From: Bilabrum cf. latius
Taxonomy: Eukaryota
Length of the DNA stretch: 64,000 bases
Assembly (NCBI GenBank): GCA_965178125.1
Contig: OZ237775.1
Coordinates: 124,001-188,000 of the forward strand
Direction: 5' to 3'
Each line of letters opens with the position of its first letter. Position 1 is the stretch's first letter. The position numbers and the translations under genes were made by a program. Below are positions 26,401 to 38,993 of the stretch, piece after piece. Below the pieces are notes generated by a model. That model had not been told where the DNA came from, ran no database searches, and saw only the letters and a list, made by a program, of their open reading frames with translations.

Positions 26401-26655
26401 GCCCGCAAAGAGCTATTCGACTTCGATCGCACGGTCGTGCTGGCCCCTGGCAAGTCGCAGGTGCTGCACCTGACCATCCCCGCCTCTGTGCTGGCCAGTG
26501 CGGACGAGGATGGCGAGCTGGTGGTGCGCGAGGGCTCGTACGAGGTGCAGATCGAGGGGCTGCGGGCCGAGGTCGAGGTGGGCAGGGGCACGGGGGCGAC
26601 CGTGTTCTCGGTGGCGGAGGCGAGGCGCAGGTACGAAGCGGGGCTGGGGGAGTGA
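23410..26655 (+). CDS. Secreted ricin-B lectin + GH3 beta-xylosidase-like glycosidase with Fn3-like C-terminus, copy 1
   Basis: Signal peptide MNVVVLIFAF; exons 23410-23552, 23734-24870, 25037-25169, 25324-26655. QxW ricin motifs (NQQW, TQKW), EALHG, [35 protein letters not shown], ITSDC (nucleophile codon split by intron 2), ENEGHDR, YPGELGG, FGDGLSYTTF. TAGs at 23494 and 26290. Confidence 0.9.
24882..24960. repeat. Tandem duplication of about 41 bp inside GH3 copy 1 intron 2
   Basis: TGCAGTC[G/A]TGTACTCTCGCCGTTTGCTTTGGTGAATCT occurs twice; the homologous intron of copy 2 has one copy. Confidence 0.85.
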
Positions 26656-26876
26656 TGCTAGCTGGTAATGATGGGGTGTTATGAGGTACTGCTGTGCATG
26701 TAGGATGCCTCGGAAGCCCCCCGAAGGCGCAAGCAAACAGCCTGAGGCCAGCCAAGATCCTTTGCCGGAACACTCGTCTGCTACCCGCTCCGGCACATCA
26801 CTTGCCCATCAACATCATTCGTTGCTCGGGCGGTTTACCATTCATCTGGCACTAAATTTGTGTATTGCATTATCCA

Positions 26877-29800
26877 ATGCGTACAGCTGGCCTGCACATA
26901 ATCTCTTCAAGCATTGCCGTTCTTGTATTCGCAATGAGAGTTGCATGCGCAGTCTCGCAAAGCAGCACTTGGGAGTTCGCCCTGACTTCAGGAAATCGCC
27001 CGAGTAACGACTAGCATGAAACGTTCGGCGGGAACGTGTACTGTCGAAAAAGAGGCTCAGCGGGTGGGTGGTATCCTGTTTGTGGGTCTGGGTTCTCCAA
27101 GCAAGCGGCTTCAGTGGTGTGCTCTTCTTGGGCATTGTCCTCACCACAGATTCTTGAGGCTCCACAGCGTGATGCATTTGATTCAAACATCGCATCGGTT
27201 CCGGTCCAGCCATTTCTCTCGATGCATTGCCGCCATTCAGCCAGGTCGGAGTGCGTGCTTGCACGAAGTACATGCCGCGACAATACATTGGCCTATTTGA
27301 GATGCGAGCGAGGAGTACCAGGCGATGCTAGGGCTATAAGACAACTATAGTGGCAATTCGCCCAGCCGAGACACACTGGTAGTGGTACATGGGCAGCATC
27401 CAGGCAGCTCGACAGCACGGCAACTGCGGCTGTCCGTCTTGGCCTGGCAAGCACAGCCGCATTGCGGTCAGGAAATCCAGTCCCCACGGGGAGTAGAGTA
27501 GGCATGCTGATTTCTACACCAGCCGGAGCCTCCAGTAGTACCCCTTATTTGGCCGTGTGTGCAGATGGGTTCCAGCTTTCCACTGCTGTGGGCGTGTGCA
27601 CCTCGCTCGGGTTCGTCGTGACCCCGTCCGATGTACTGTGGTGGGCGATTGAATAGGAAGACATAGCCAGCACGAGTGCTCGTAGTGGCGATCCCAGCGC
27701 CGAGTTTGGAATCCGCCGGCTGCAGTGTCCCTCCAACGCGACCTCTGGTGCCCTGTGCACGTACACCCAGGATGGGATATGCACCAGCGAAAGCATGCTA
27801 TACATCAGGTGCGGTGCGCCCACGCTTCCAAGTACCGGGTGGCAATTCGCGCTGGGATCCGTTGACAGCATCAGCCCCGATCCCGTGGATGGCACGGCAG
27901 TCGGCAGAGTGCTCGTGCGCAACGCAGGCTCGTCATCAGCCGGCGATTGGACCCACCTGTGCCTCGCATAGGGCTCTGAAATAGACGCCAGTACCGGAAA
28001 GTTCCTGTGTGAGCAGATGGGCTTCGGGCGCGACCCACCCTTTGACATTTGGCGGTACGGCTCGTGCTGCCATCGCTTGGAATCCAACATGGGCTCGCTC
28101 TCGTGCCCCGCTGGAACCACGAGCCTGTCCAGCTGCACCTACGATGCCCCAGCAACCTGCCAGATCATCGCATAGCTAAACTGCGAAGGCTCGTCGAATT
28201 CCCAGTCACCCATTCCCTGGGGCCTCGATTATGAGGCTAACCTCGAGTTCGCACTGATGCCGTCCCTGCAGCAATACATCGGACCCCCAGCCCAAGGCGG
28301 CAGGACATTCGGGATCCTCGGGGTTCGGGTGCAGCCGGGCCAGCCATTCTTGCCCTATCGCTCCATTGGCGCTTCGATCAGAGTATCCGATATGTTCCCA
28401 TATATGTGCGAGTGGATGGGCCTCCAAACGCCGGGGCAGTCCGCCCCCGAGGTCTGGGCCCCGGTGCCCGTGACCCAGGGTGTGCGCCTGTCTCCGATCA
28501 CAGTGGATGACTGCCCCTCGGGGTCGACCAGCTTCGACGACTGCACCTTTCAAAATGAATCGGCATCAGTATCAGTCGGCGGCACCGTGTACATGAGCTG
28601 CAGCGGGGGATCGGAACCCCTATCGATCGGTGACATGGGTCCCCTCCAGGTGGCGCTACAAGAGGGCAGGGACGGGCAGATCGGGACTGGTCTGGCGGCT
28701 GGGGTGCTGAGAACTCGACGAAACGAGGGTGACGAGTGGGGCTACGTATGCCCCACTACCTTCAATTTCGGGGCGGCGCAGCGGGTCTGTCGCGCTCTCG
28801 GGTTTGGTGGCGGCACACGGGAGACGGTCCGATTTGGAGGGTACAAGATGTACGGAGGCACGGCCTATGGCACGCCCGTCCTGGCGTGTGGAGAGCTGGA
28901 GGGAAGCGCACCGGATGTGGACGACAGCGATTGCGTGTATGAATTGCAGGAGCCTTACATCGATCGTTGTGCAGGAGATGAACGGACTTGGCTGGACTGC
29001 GGCCGTCTGTGGTACAGGAGCCAGCAGCTAGAGCCGAGGCAGCAGGACTACGACCCACCGCTGGACGCGGCTGCTGATCCCCGGTTCTCGGATATCGAGT
29101 TCAGGTTTGGGGCGGTGCACCAGTCCATCCGGCCGTACCTGAGCGACGAGTTCGTCTTCAGGGAGCTTGAGGCCTCGGTGGCGGGGCAGGAATTCGGTGC
29201 TGTCTGCGGGGGTTTCGATTCCGAGGTGGGAGAGGCCATCTGTGAGGGGATGGGCCGGAGCGGATTCTTCTTGGAGGAAATCGAGGTGGAGGACACTGTC
29301 GATAATCCTGCGATCGCCTCGGTGCAGTGTCCCAGCGGCGTGTCCAGGAGCAGCTCACAGGGCATGGACGTCTGCTCGATTCGACAGTCGCTGGGCGAGA
29401 CCCCTCCATCGCAGCAGTGCCAGCCCGCTGTTGCAGCGTGCCGCTCGTTGACCTTTACCTTCGGCTACCAGCCAGCCGCGGGTCCTTCCTACGTCGTGAT
29501 CCCGAGGCGGGGACATGGCGCGGCCAGGGCTGGCGTGATTCTCACCAGCATCGGAGCGGCGCTCGGGGTGCTCGCCAGCATGTCCTCTCTGCAGGAGGGT
29601 ACGCCTGAAGCAATACGAGTGGCATGCGGGCACCTAGCCCCCTTTCAGGCCCTCGGCTCTGCCGTCGCTCTGGCTGGCGTGCTGGCCGAGCTGACCGCTG
29701 CTTTCTCTCGCGAGATCTACGACGATGAGTACAGGTCTGCCATCGTACTGGGGCCCGTGGGCATGGCTTTGTTCGGGCTGGGCGTTCTAGCGAGCACACT

Positions 29801-31166
29801 CACAGTGTTTACCGCAACCGTTCAGGACGATCAGTTCGTGTGCGGCTGGCGCATTCGGCCCGGGGAGCTGGACCGTGGAGAGGGCGAGGATCAGGACGGC
29901 GATGGGGCCAGCCCGGGAGAGGCAGAGAACAGGAGGCAGAGGAGGGCAGAGCACGGGGAGGAGCCAGACTGCTGCCTCTACTAGATGATGTGCCTATGCG
30001 TCATACCGGCCTCTCTGCCTGCAGCCGAGGCGTGCGCCTGTCTGGCCACCCCCAACATATTCGCCCACTGCTGCCGCGGGCCGCAGATCCCAGTGGAGGC
30101 CACGCAGAGCCGTGACGCGTTCTTGTCTTTCTTGTTCCGGGTTGGGGCCATCCGGGCTATTATATTCGAGCTCCCTGTCCTCCTCATCCTGACCAGGATC
30201 CTCGCCTCTGTCGGCGGGTGGTACGGGCTGCACGCGGCTCTTGGACTCGGGTGGACTCAGGTGGCCTGCACAGTTGCGCGAGTTGCCATGTGGTGGCGGC
30301 ATTCGTACCCAGGCAGCAAGGTGGGACGCTCGGTCGCTTTTGCTTGCGATGATTAGGATGATTCGGACGGGGCTGCGCAAGCTGGCGCCATCCCCTGCTG
30401 CGCGAGTGCGAGTGGAACTGTGCCGGCCAGGCGGAACGCGCCGCGCAATGCGGTGGATGTCTTGGTTTAGCGATCCGCGGAGGCAAACGACGGGGGGGTG
30501 CTGCCCGGCACACGCAGGAGTGGCATGCCAGGACAAGCAGAAGGGCAACGGAGACAGGCTGGTGTTGGTCAGCGGCACAGCAGGACAGGGGCCTCGGCTG
30601 CGCGAATGCCCACGGCCCCACCGGCGCCCATCGTCGCAGCGACTGCTCCTCCCGCTATTCCGGCAGGAGTGCCCTCGTACCCCGGTGGGGGGCAGTCTCC
30701 CGGGGGATCCACCATGGTCGCAAACCCGATGGGGAACCGACGACTGGGAGGGAGGGGCCAACCTGGAGATCTACAGACGCAAGAAGATGGCTTGGTCGCA
30801 TAGAAGAAGAAGGCGGCTGCTTCGGCTGGTGCAAGTATCTCGATGGATGGGGTGGCTGCCTACCCAGGCCCTCTGCAGGTCACGGCTCCCACTCCATACG
30901 GGTCACCATCAGCTGGAAGCTCGAACCCATACGGAGCCTCGGTGCAGCAATCCTCCCCCTACGGCCCCGTGGGTCCAGCTGGGGTGTCGCCTTACGGGCC
31001 TGGGGGAACAGCCCCTGATGCCACAGCGGGCGCGTGGAATGCAGGGCGAGGGTACTACGGAGAAGCCGGGTACGGGGGCGCCTCCGCTGGCGGTGGCAGT
31101 GGGGCACGAGACGATCGCGGTGGGAGTGATGGCGATGGTGATGGGAAATCAGGCTTGCTTGTATGA
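26877..31166 (+). CDS. Membrane receptor-like protein A: multiple divergent SRCR-like domains + multi-TM region + Gly/Pro/Tyr tail
   Basis: One frame open from MRTAGLHIISSSIAVLVF to TGA 31164-31166 via 9 TAGs. Repeated G-x-L/V...W(G/Y)xVCxxxF...AxxVCxxLG...C signature; several hydrophobic helices from about 29530 to 30300. Confidence 0.75.
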
Positions 31167-31398
31167 GCATGTACGGTTTAGGGCGAAAGTATAAATTTGA
31201 ATGGATTTTCGCGCCCCATGAGACCAATACATGTGCAAGCAGCGTTTGTGCACGGCGTTTGGCATCGGCACCATAGGATCTTACAAGACCGGAACAACTA
31301 ATACAAGTCTATGGTGCAATCGACTGTTCGTCCACTCTCACATCCTATTCAGCGATATTTGTATAAGTTCGGTCAAGTAAAACGACATACTGTGTTGA

Positions 31399-34300
31399 AT
31401 GCATGTTTGGTATAGCTTATTGTTGGTATTCAACCTAGCAGCAGGCCAGTATCTAGACCTCGCATTGGGTAGCTGGTCGGGAAACATTCTGCCTACGACC
31501 TCCAAACGCGGATTTTTGCTATCAAGGAATTCCAACGGATTGTTTGGATTGGTGTGCAGTGATACATTCTCCTGGCCCTGTGCTCGAGCTGCTTGTAAAC
31601 AGCTTGGGCGATCGCCTGGCAGCGTGAACATTACTCTGCACCAAAGCCGGCCTTTGAGCTCAGCCTACAGAGAATTTGCTGTTACGCACTTTTCGGGGTG
31701 CTATTTATATCCTGAATTGCTGCGAACAAGTCGGGCGCGATCAGCGGGCTCATGTCCGAGTGGAAATGCAGTTGAGCTCGACTGTGGGACTGCACTAGAT
31801 GCCTAGCAAGTCTGGGAGGCGGCTCTGACCACCGAGAGAGGCGAGCAAGTAGCCAGCGGTGTCGATCGCGGTATTGTGGCACTCCGCCCTGCCGGGTCAT
31901 CATAGGCCTGGACGCCGGTGTGCGAAATGGGATTCAGCAGCTCAGCCGCCAGTACTTTGTGCTCTGCGCTCGGATATCCGTCCGAAATTTACCGGCATTT
32001 CCACGGTACGTCGCCTCAAATCGATTCTTTGATATATGGCAGCCTCCCCAAGTATTTCGACATGCAGTGCCTGCCAGGGGGCGCAGGGGACGGTCGCAAC
32101 TCAACAGCGTCTGCAACTCAAAATGGCACCGTGCTGCTGGGTGACGAGTGCAGCTGGTCCACAGGGATTATTGGCGGGTCTGAATAGTCCATATGCGATA
32201 GGGGCACTGCTGCGTACCTCAGGTGCGACGACTCAAACCACAGCCCGCTCCGCTTCCAGCTGTCGGACCAGGACGGCAGCACCCCTGGATCGGGGGCTGC
32301 CGGTGTGACGAGTGGTTTCCTGACTGCGAGCAGGGGAGGGGCGCGGGGCTTCGCGTGTGACTATGGGTTTGGCTAGTACGAGGCATCTGTAGCCTGCAGA
32401 CAGATGTTCGGGTATGCAGGCGGCCATGTTGGTGCAGTCCAAGTTGACGTGCCGCTCGTCATGAACGCGACAAACCAGACCCCGCTCCCAGGCATCGACA
32501 ACGGTACTTCCAATGGTACAGCCCCGGGCACCAATGGCACCTCCAATGGGACAGCCCCGGGCACCGACGGTACTTCCAATGGGACAGCCCGACTTCTGTC
32601 ATCCCAGTCTCAAAATATCGACACACTCAGCAGCAGCGGCCCCCTCGATTCCTTCTCCCTCTCTTGGTTCACCTGCACGTCCACGGCGAAGGGCCTCAGC
32701 GGGTGCAGCTGGGACTCGGCGAGATCATCATGCAGCGCGCGCTCGGATGGTGTGTTCCTCGAGTGTATGGCCCAGCCCGGGGACCAACAGGTGCAGGTGG
32801 GGCTGCAACCCCGCGAGATTGCCTCTTTTGGCATGAGACCGTATGGGTCCGTGTTCGAGGGGGTGCTCATGGCCGGTTGGCTGCCTTTTCCAGAATCGCA
32901 GGCCGCTTTGTCGCCGATGGTGGAATGGAGGCCCGTCTGTGCCAGTGCAGCCATCGCAGCGATGACCCCAGCCACCGCGAGGGATGCGTGCGCTGCCCTT
33001 GGGTTGGTGCGGGACGGTGCTTCGTGGCTTCCACCGGTGCGACTTGGAGGCATGGCCGGTCAGCACAGGCACGCTCTGCAGGGGTGCAGTGGGGGCCCAG
33101 TTGGCTCGGGCTCGAGCACTTCGTACTGCCAGGCGGGCCCCATCGATGAGTGCCCCGGGGAGATGAGCGCAGTACTCAGGTGCCTCCCCGAGGAGCCCGT
33201 CAGGCCGGTCCTGGCTGCGATCTCCTCCCCAGTGACTGCATCCAGTCTGCAGGACCTCAGTGAGTAGAGGGTAGGGGTATTGGTGGCGGCCATTCCCAGC
33301 ACGGTGGACCTGGTGCCTGTGTGTGCGGACGGATTCGGCATGGAGTCAGCCCTTGGGGTGTGCAGCATGCTTGGATTCGGAGATGCTGACGTGATGGAGA
33401 TCCTGTGGACGACACACGAGGCCCCCCAGGGACTGGAACTGCCGATCCGCCGGCTGAAGTGTCCCTCCAACGCGACCTCTGGTGCCCTGTGCACGTACAC
33501 CCAGGACGGAATATGCACCAGCGAAAGCCTGCTCTATCTCAGGTGCGGCGCGCCTATTGTGACAGATGGGTGGCAATTTGCGCATGCCAATCGGTTCTCA
33601 GGGTCAGATGCAGTCCCAGCAGCTGGCACATCAAGCGGGAAGGCTATTGCGAGGTACGTGACCAACGGGACTGCCAGCGAGTGGGGCACTGTGTGCTCCA
33701 GCTCTATCATGCAAAACTCGGAGAAGAACCTGCTGTGTGGGCTCATGGGCTTCGGGTACGACGTACCATGGGGACACGGCGTGAGCTACTCGTGCTGCTA
33801 CGACTTTTTCTCGCCCATCGGCAACCTGAGGTGTCCTTGGTGGGCCCGCGAGCTGGGCGACTGCAGCTACGACGTGCCGGGCGGTTGCCGGGCCATCGAC
33901 ACGGTGTCCTGCGGCAGCTTCAATTAGGTTCCGGTGGAGCGAGGCGCTGATGTGCCGCGGGATGTAGAGATGGCGCTGCTGTCGTCCACGGAGCCTTCGT
34001 GGAACGGAACCGTGGGCAGGCAAGGGATCCTGGGGGCACGGCTGCAACCCGATGAGCCCTTCAAACCATATTGCGTGAGTTCGACCGAGTTTCGGACTAG
34101 CAGCATTCGAGACAGGGTGTGCACGTGGGCGGTACCCGATGAGTCGCGCTCTGTTGAGCCTGCGTGGATGGAGGTACACGTGGGCGCTGGCGTGCAAACC
34201 GCTCCACTAAGGGTGCAAGACTGCCCTGCTACCGGTGATTTGCAGGATCCATCGAGCTGTGAGTACCTGCAGCGGTCCAGTGGATACTGCGGGTCTCGAA

Positions 34301-36885
34301 GTGGCATTTTGTTGGTGTGTGAGCAAGACGACGATGCGACCCATTCGGTGGGCGGAGTGCAAGTAGGGCTGGCAGGGGAGAGGAGCTCTGCTGACGGGCC
34401 AACCGACGGGTATTCGGCGGGTGTCTTGCGGGTGCGGCTGGAGTCGGACGACGATGACGACGAATGGGGATACGTGTGCCCGAACGGGTTTAGTTCAGCA
34501 TCGGCGCAGCGCGTGTGCGAGGCATTGGGCTTCGGCACCAACAGCAGCACGGTCTCCTTTGGCAACTATACGAGCGACGAGGAAACCGAGTACCCTGTGG
34601 AAGTGTTTTCGTGTCTTCACGATGGACCGTGCGCGTTCAATCTTGCAGACATCACCGATGGAGATGTACTCCCGTGCAGCGAGCAGGAGAGGGTCTGGGT
34701 GGACTGCGGGCGGTACCACCGGGGATCGATGGGCCCGCTGCCGAGATCCTTCGCTCCACCCACGGATTAGACAGGGCCAGGGCTGTCTGCCCTCCTGGGA
34801 ATTTCGGGTTTGAACTTCCGATTCACCGCCATCGGCAAAGCTCCCAGGCCGTATTTGAAACCAGAGTACAGGTTCCAGGTGTTCGAGGTGCAAGCGAGCA
34901 GCGGGTCCTGGCGCGCGGCGTGCGGATACTGGGACGATCACGAAGCCGAGCACATCTGCACCGCCATGGGGGAGCCTGGCAAGGAGCTGTACCTGGAATC
35001 ACTGACCAAATCCAGGTGGCAAGACCTGGATCCAGTGCGGCTGTCCGTCGATTGCGAGCAGGGTTTCACTCGCGGTGACGACGATGAAAATTCCAATCCA
35101 GCCAGAGCTTGCACTGCGAGCGTGGGTAGTTCCGCCTCCTGTTCTCCGCAGACGGGCGCCTGTGTAGAGCGGCAGTGGTCCGACGACGAGTACATATGGG
35201 AGAATAGCGTGAAGGCGGCGAGGCGGCTTGCGATCTAGTGCGACGCGTCGGCCATCGTGGCGATTTGCTTCAGTGGACTCGGGGTGGTGCTTGGTTCGAT
35301 CGCTGCCGTGTCACTGGAGGCGGAAGAGAAGGCACGAGCCGGGTGCGGCTATTTCGCCCCGTTGCAGGCTTTGGGTACGCTGATGTCCATCATCGTGATT
35401 AGTGCTGAGCTCGTGTCAGCAAAGCGCTTCACAGACGAGGACGACTACGACTCGATTCAGATGCTCGGCATTATTTGCCTGGCGGGGCTGGCTGCCAGCG
35501 TGTTCATCAACGTGGCCTCCTCCTGTATCGTGTGCTGCTCCGAGCCCGTGATCAACACCGTGCTCAACATGCAGGGCGGCTGGGCGAGTGCGACAAGGCC
35601 GGACCAAGAGGGAGCTGGTTAGCCTCGGGCTTCCACTGCCAGGTAGGACGATGCTGCATCCATGGGCACCATGCTGACCCCATGTTGCATATGCTGCGTG
35701 GAGAACCGGGTCTGTCTCGCTACTCCGCGCATTTCTGACGACTGTGACTGGTGCGGGCCGCCGATTGTGCCGGCTTCTGACGGAGACAGCCGAGACGCGC
35801 TGCATGCCTTCGTGTACAGGGCAGCGACACTGCGTCTGTGCCTGTTCGAGGGGCCTGTGCTGGCGATGCTGATTCGGGTGCGAACCACGCTCGGCGGGTG
35901 GCTGTGCCTAGATGCAGCCATCGTTCTGCTCTGCATTCACGCGGTGTGCACGCTGGCTCGGCTGGGTCTCTGGTGGAACTTGACCCACCCCGAGAGTAGG
36001 CTGGGATACCAACTCTCGGCGGATGTGGCGGGGTGTCTGGGGCGGCGAAAACCGCCGCGACCGCCCGCGTTGGAGCTGCATCGGAGATCAGGGCGTGGGG
36101 CTGGGGCCAGGGCGCAAGGCGGTGAGGAGCGGCTGGGCCGCAGGAACGGGAACAGCTCGGGTGGATCGCAGGATGGATCGGTTTATCCCGGCCTGATGCA
36201 GGCCGCCCCTGTTGCCAGCGCGCCACCGATTGCCAGCAGCAGCATGGGCGCACCTGTGGCTCCTTACCCTTCAAGCACTAGTGGCATGCTTGGCTTCGGG
36301 CATCAGGTCCGGGTCACGAACCCCATGAGTCAGGCACGCATGCGCGGGTAGGCAGCCGGGTCAGCGCATGGTGACTCGCCGGGCAAGCAAGAAGAGGACA
36401 TCTCTGTTGCGAAGAAGATGGCAGCAGCAGCAGCGGGGGTGGGGGCAGGCAAAGGTCTAGACAGCAAGGGCACGTCTGCAGGCGGAGTGGCAGCGTACCC
36501 GGTACAGGGTGCATCTCACGATGGTGACAAGAGCGCTGCTGCTGCTGGAGGCGTGGCTCCGTACCCCGGGGGCGCATCCAGCTCCAACCCATACGGCTCA
36601 ATGAACCCCGCCCTTACCCCCGCTCCTGCCGCCGCACCCAGCGCCCCCGCCTGGTCTCCGCATGGAGGCATGGGCCCGGTACCAGATGCACAGGCGGGGG
36701 CTTGGAATGCGGGATACGGTGAGACGTACGGGAGGGCGCCGGGAGTGGCTAGCGGGGCAGGGGCGGGGCCCGCGGGGGGCTACTATGGGGGGGGTGTAGG
36801 TGCTGCACCCAGCTTTGGCGGGGGTGGGAGTGGAGGGAGTGGGGGCACCGCGGGATACCCGTCGTCGACGGGCACGATTGTTTGA
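31399..36885 (+). CDS. Membrane receptor-like protein B (tandem paralog of A with additional SRCR-like domains)
   Basis: Signal peptide MHVWYSLLLVFNLAAG; frame open via 11 TAGs to TGA 36883-36885. GLVCSDTFSWPCARAACKQLG, EWGTVCSS, EWGYVCPNGFSSASAQRVCEALGF; TM block and tail homologous to protein A. Confidence 0.75.
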
Positions 36886-37021
36886 ATGACTGCACTGCTA
36901 CCAGAAAAAAAAGATATTCTGCTAATTGAAATCCAGTGGCATATCAAGAATGGCAAACCGGAACCGAAAGTGGTTCTCTTCCTTGCTTCAATTTGCTTTC
37001 ACCGCCGCTACTTGGACGGTC

Positions 37022-38149
37022 ATGAAGACAACATATGCTTTATTTGGCATAGTAGGTGCACATCTTGCGTTGACTAACGCGACCGGTCCGCCTTTTTACC
37101 CCACGGGCCCGTTCACGTTCCCGAACGGCACCCGCAACAAATGGATGTGGCCCTTCACGCCCGATTCGATTTGGAACACGCCAATCGGATCAGAAGCAAA
37201 GTATGTAGACAGCGGGTTTACGTCAACAGCGCACGTTTCGGCAGATCCTAGCTGGCTGGTAGCGACTGCGCCATCCGATCCAAAGGTTCCGTGGCACAAA
37301 ATTGGCTCCTGGACGCACCGTTGCAATTTGTCGGCCGAATACTTCGGAATGATCTCATTTCCTCAGTCTGTAGTGATACCAGATGCGTCTGCGCACAACA
37401 CTCCCAACAACCAGGCTGCGGTGGTGCAACCGGACGGCCACACGATGATCTAGACGAATCCCATCGCACGCTGCCAGTCGGGCGGGCCGGTCTTCGGGTA
37501 CCTTACCCCTGGTGAGCACAAGTGGAACGGATCGTCCTTCGGAAATTTGTCCAGCCTGTACGGGCCCGGGCTGCACGGCGGCTGCGGCGCGACTGGCCTC
37601 TCCTCGCTGGGAGGCGCTCTGCGACTGGGCGAGCTGGACGAGCTGGGGACAGCGACGGGCCCGATCAACCACACCTTGCGGCTTGAGGTGTGGGCGCACC
37701 AGTGGCTGGACCCGGTCCCCTGCTTCCGGTGGCCCGCTCTCCGGTGCGACGGGTACGCCAAGGACCCCAGCAGCAAGAACGCCTACAACGGGAGCAACCC
37801 CGCGCTGGTGATGGGGTCACTGCTGGCCGTACCCCCTGGTGATTTGGGGTCACTCATGGGGCGGCTTCAGACGCACCCAGCGAGGAAGATGGCCCAGGCC
37901 CTCGCCGATTATGGCGGGCTGATCACCGATGACACTGCCTGGGACGACTTCCAGTTCGGCGTGGAGGCCGGCATGCCTGAGGCGTTCCAGGCCAGGTACA
38001 ACATGAGCATGAGCGGGCACGATGGGCCGTGGTATGATGACCTGCAGTCGATCTTTTCCAGCCTTAAGGTGGTGGACAACAACAGGCAGCAATCCCCCAG
38101 TGGAGGGGGCGAGCCACGCAGGCCCCGTGCGCCGCCGATCGGGAACTGA
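37022..38149 (+). CDS. Secreted hypothetical protein (intronless)
   Basis: Signal-like MKTTYALFGIVGAHLALT; ORFs 36926-37453 and 37547-38149 joined by TAG 37451; globular-looking sequence (WPFTPDSIWNTPIG, GLSSLGGALRLGEL, ALADYGGLITDDT); ends TGA. Confidence 0.75.
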
Positions 38150-38993
38150 TTCATTGCGAGGGAGGTAGTATGGTGTGGGAATGTGTATGTTATCTAGTCC
38201 TATACGCTTGGGGTTGCGTCCTCGTTGCTATCTCCGTAGTGGGTCCAACTACCGCGATCACTTCTAGATATGTCTCATTCTAGTCCTTCCAGCCAGTGTT
38301 TTGCATGCCGCCGCGCTTGGCGGCGTGACTTGCACGCCTTTACGAAGGCGGCTTCAATGATGCTGTTCGCGACTGGCATTGAAGCCCTTGGGTTGTCTTC
38401 TGACCCCATGTGAAGTGGCTCAACAAGGGCGGGCACGGCCAGCGGGGCATTATCCCGCTGTTTTCGTCTTTAGCATACATTACTGGCTGTTATTGATGTC
38501 CTGTGCCGTTGTGTGGTACAGCGAACGATCGAACGAACGAATCTTGATTTTCGAGCAATGATCTAAACAAACTGCTGCGACCAACGACATCGCTAGCGCC
38601 GGCTGCGACCCCCGGCATGCGACAACAGCTCTCCATTCCCGCTACCCAGCCGCCACCCACGCCCATCTTTAGACTTTTGGGTGGCGGGCTTATGACGTTT
38701 CCCTCTTGTTCCAACCAATATCAGATGATGAGACATTCCCTTTGGCCATGCCCACCCACAAGGCAACAAAACAAGATAATCCTTCCAGGTTCAAGAGAGT
38801 TTGAAAGAAGGGTTGAGGTCCTCCACGGAACCTCCGATCAGAGCCTAAGTTTCGGCAGCAACAGCAAGGCAGCGGCTTCGTTGCTATTGGCTCCAGCGGC
38901 AGGTACAGTCCGAGGTGACGAGTGGCCTTGACAAGCAGATTGACTGACCCTCGGTGTCTAACGTATCGGGCAAGTTTGTCCGAAGGAGTGTGC

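Noticed and set aside
38150-38993. Small gene between the secreted protein and GT61 (ORF 38617-38931)
   Set aside because: No recognisable motifs or coding-like composition; may be UTR or promoter.
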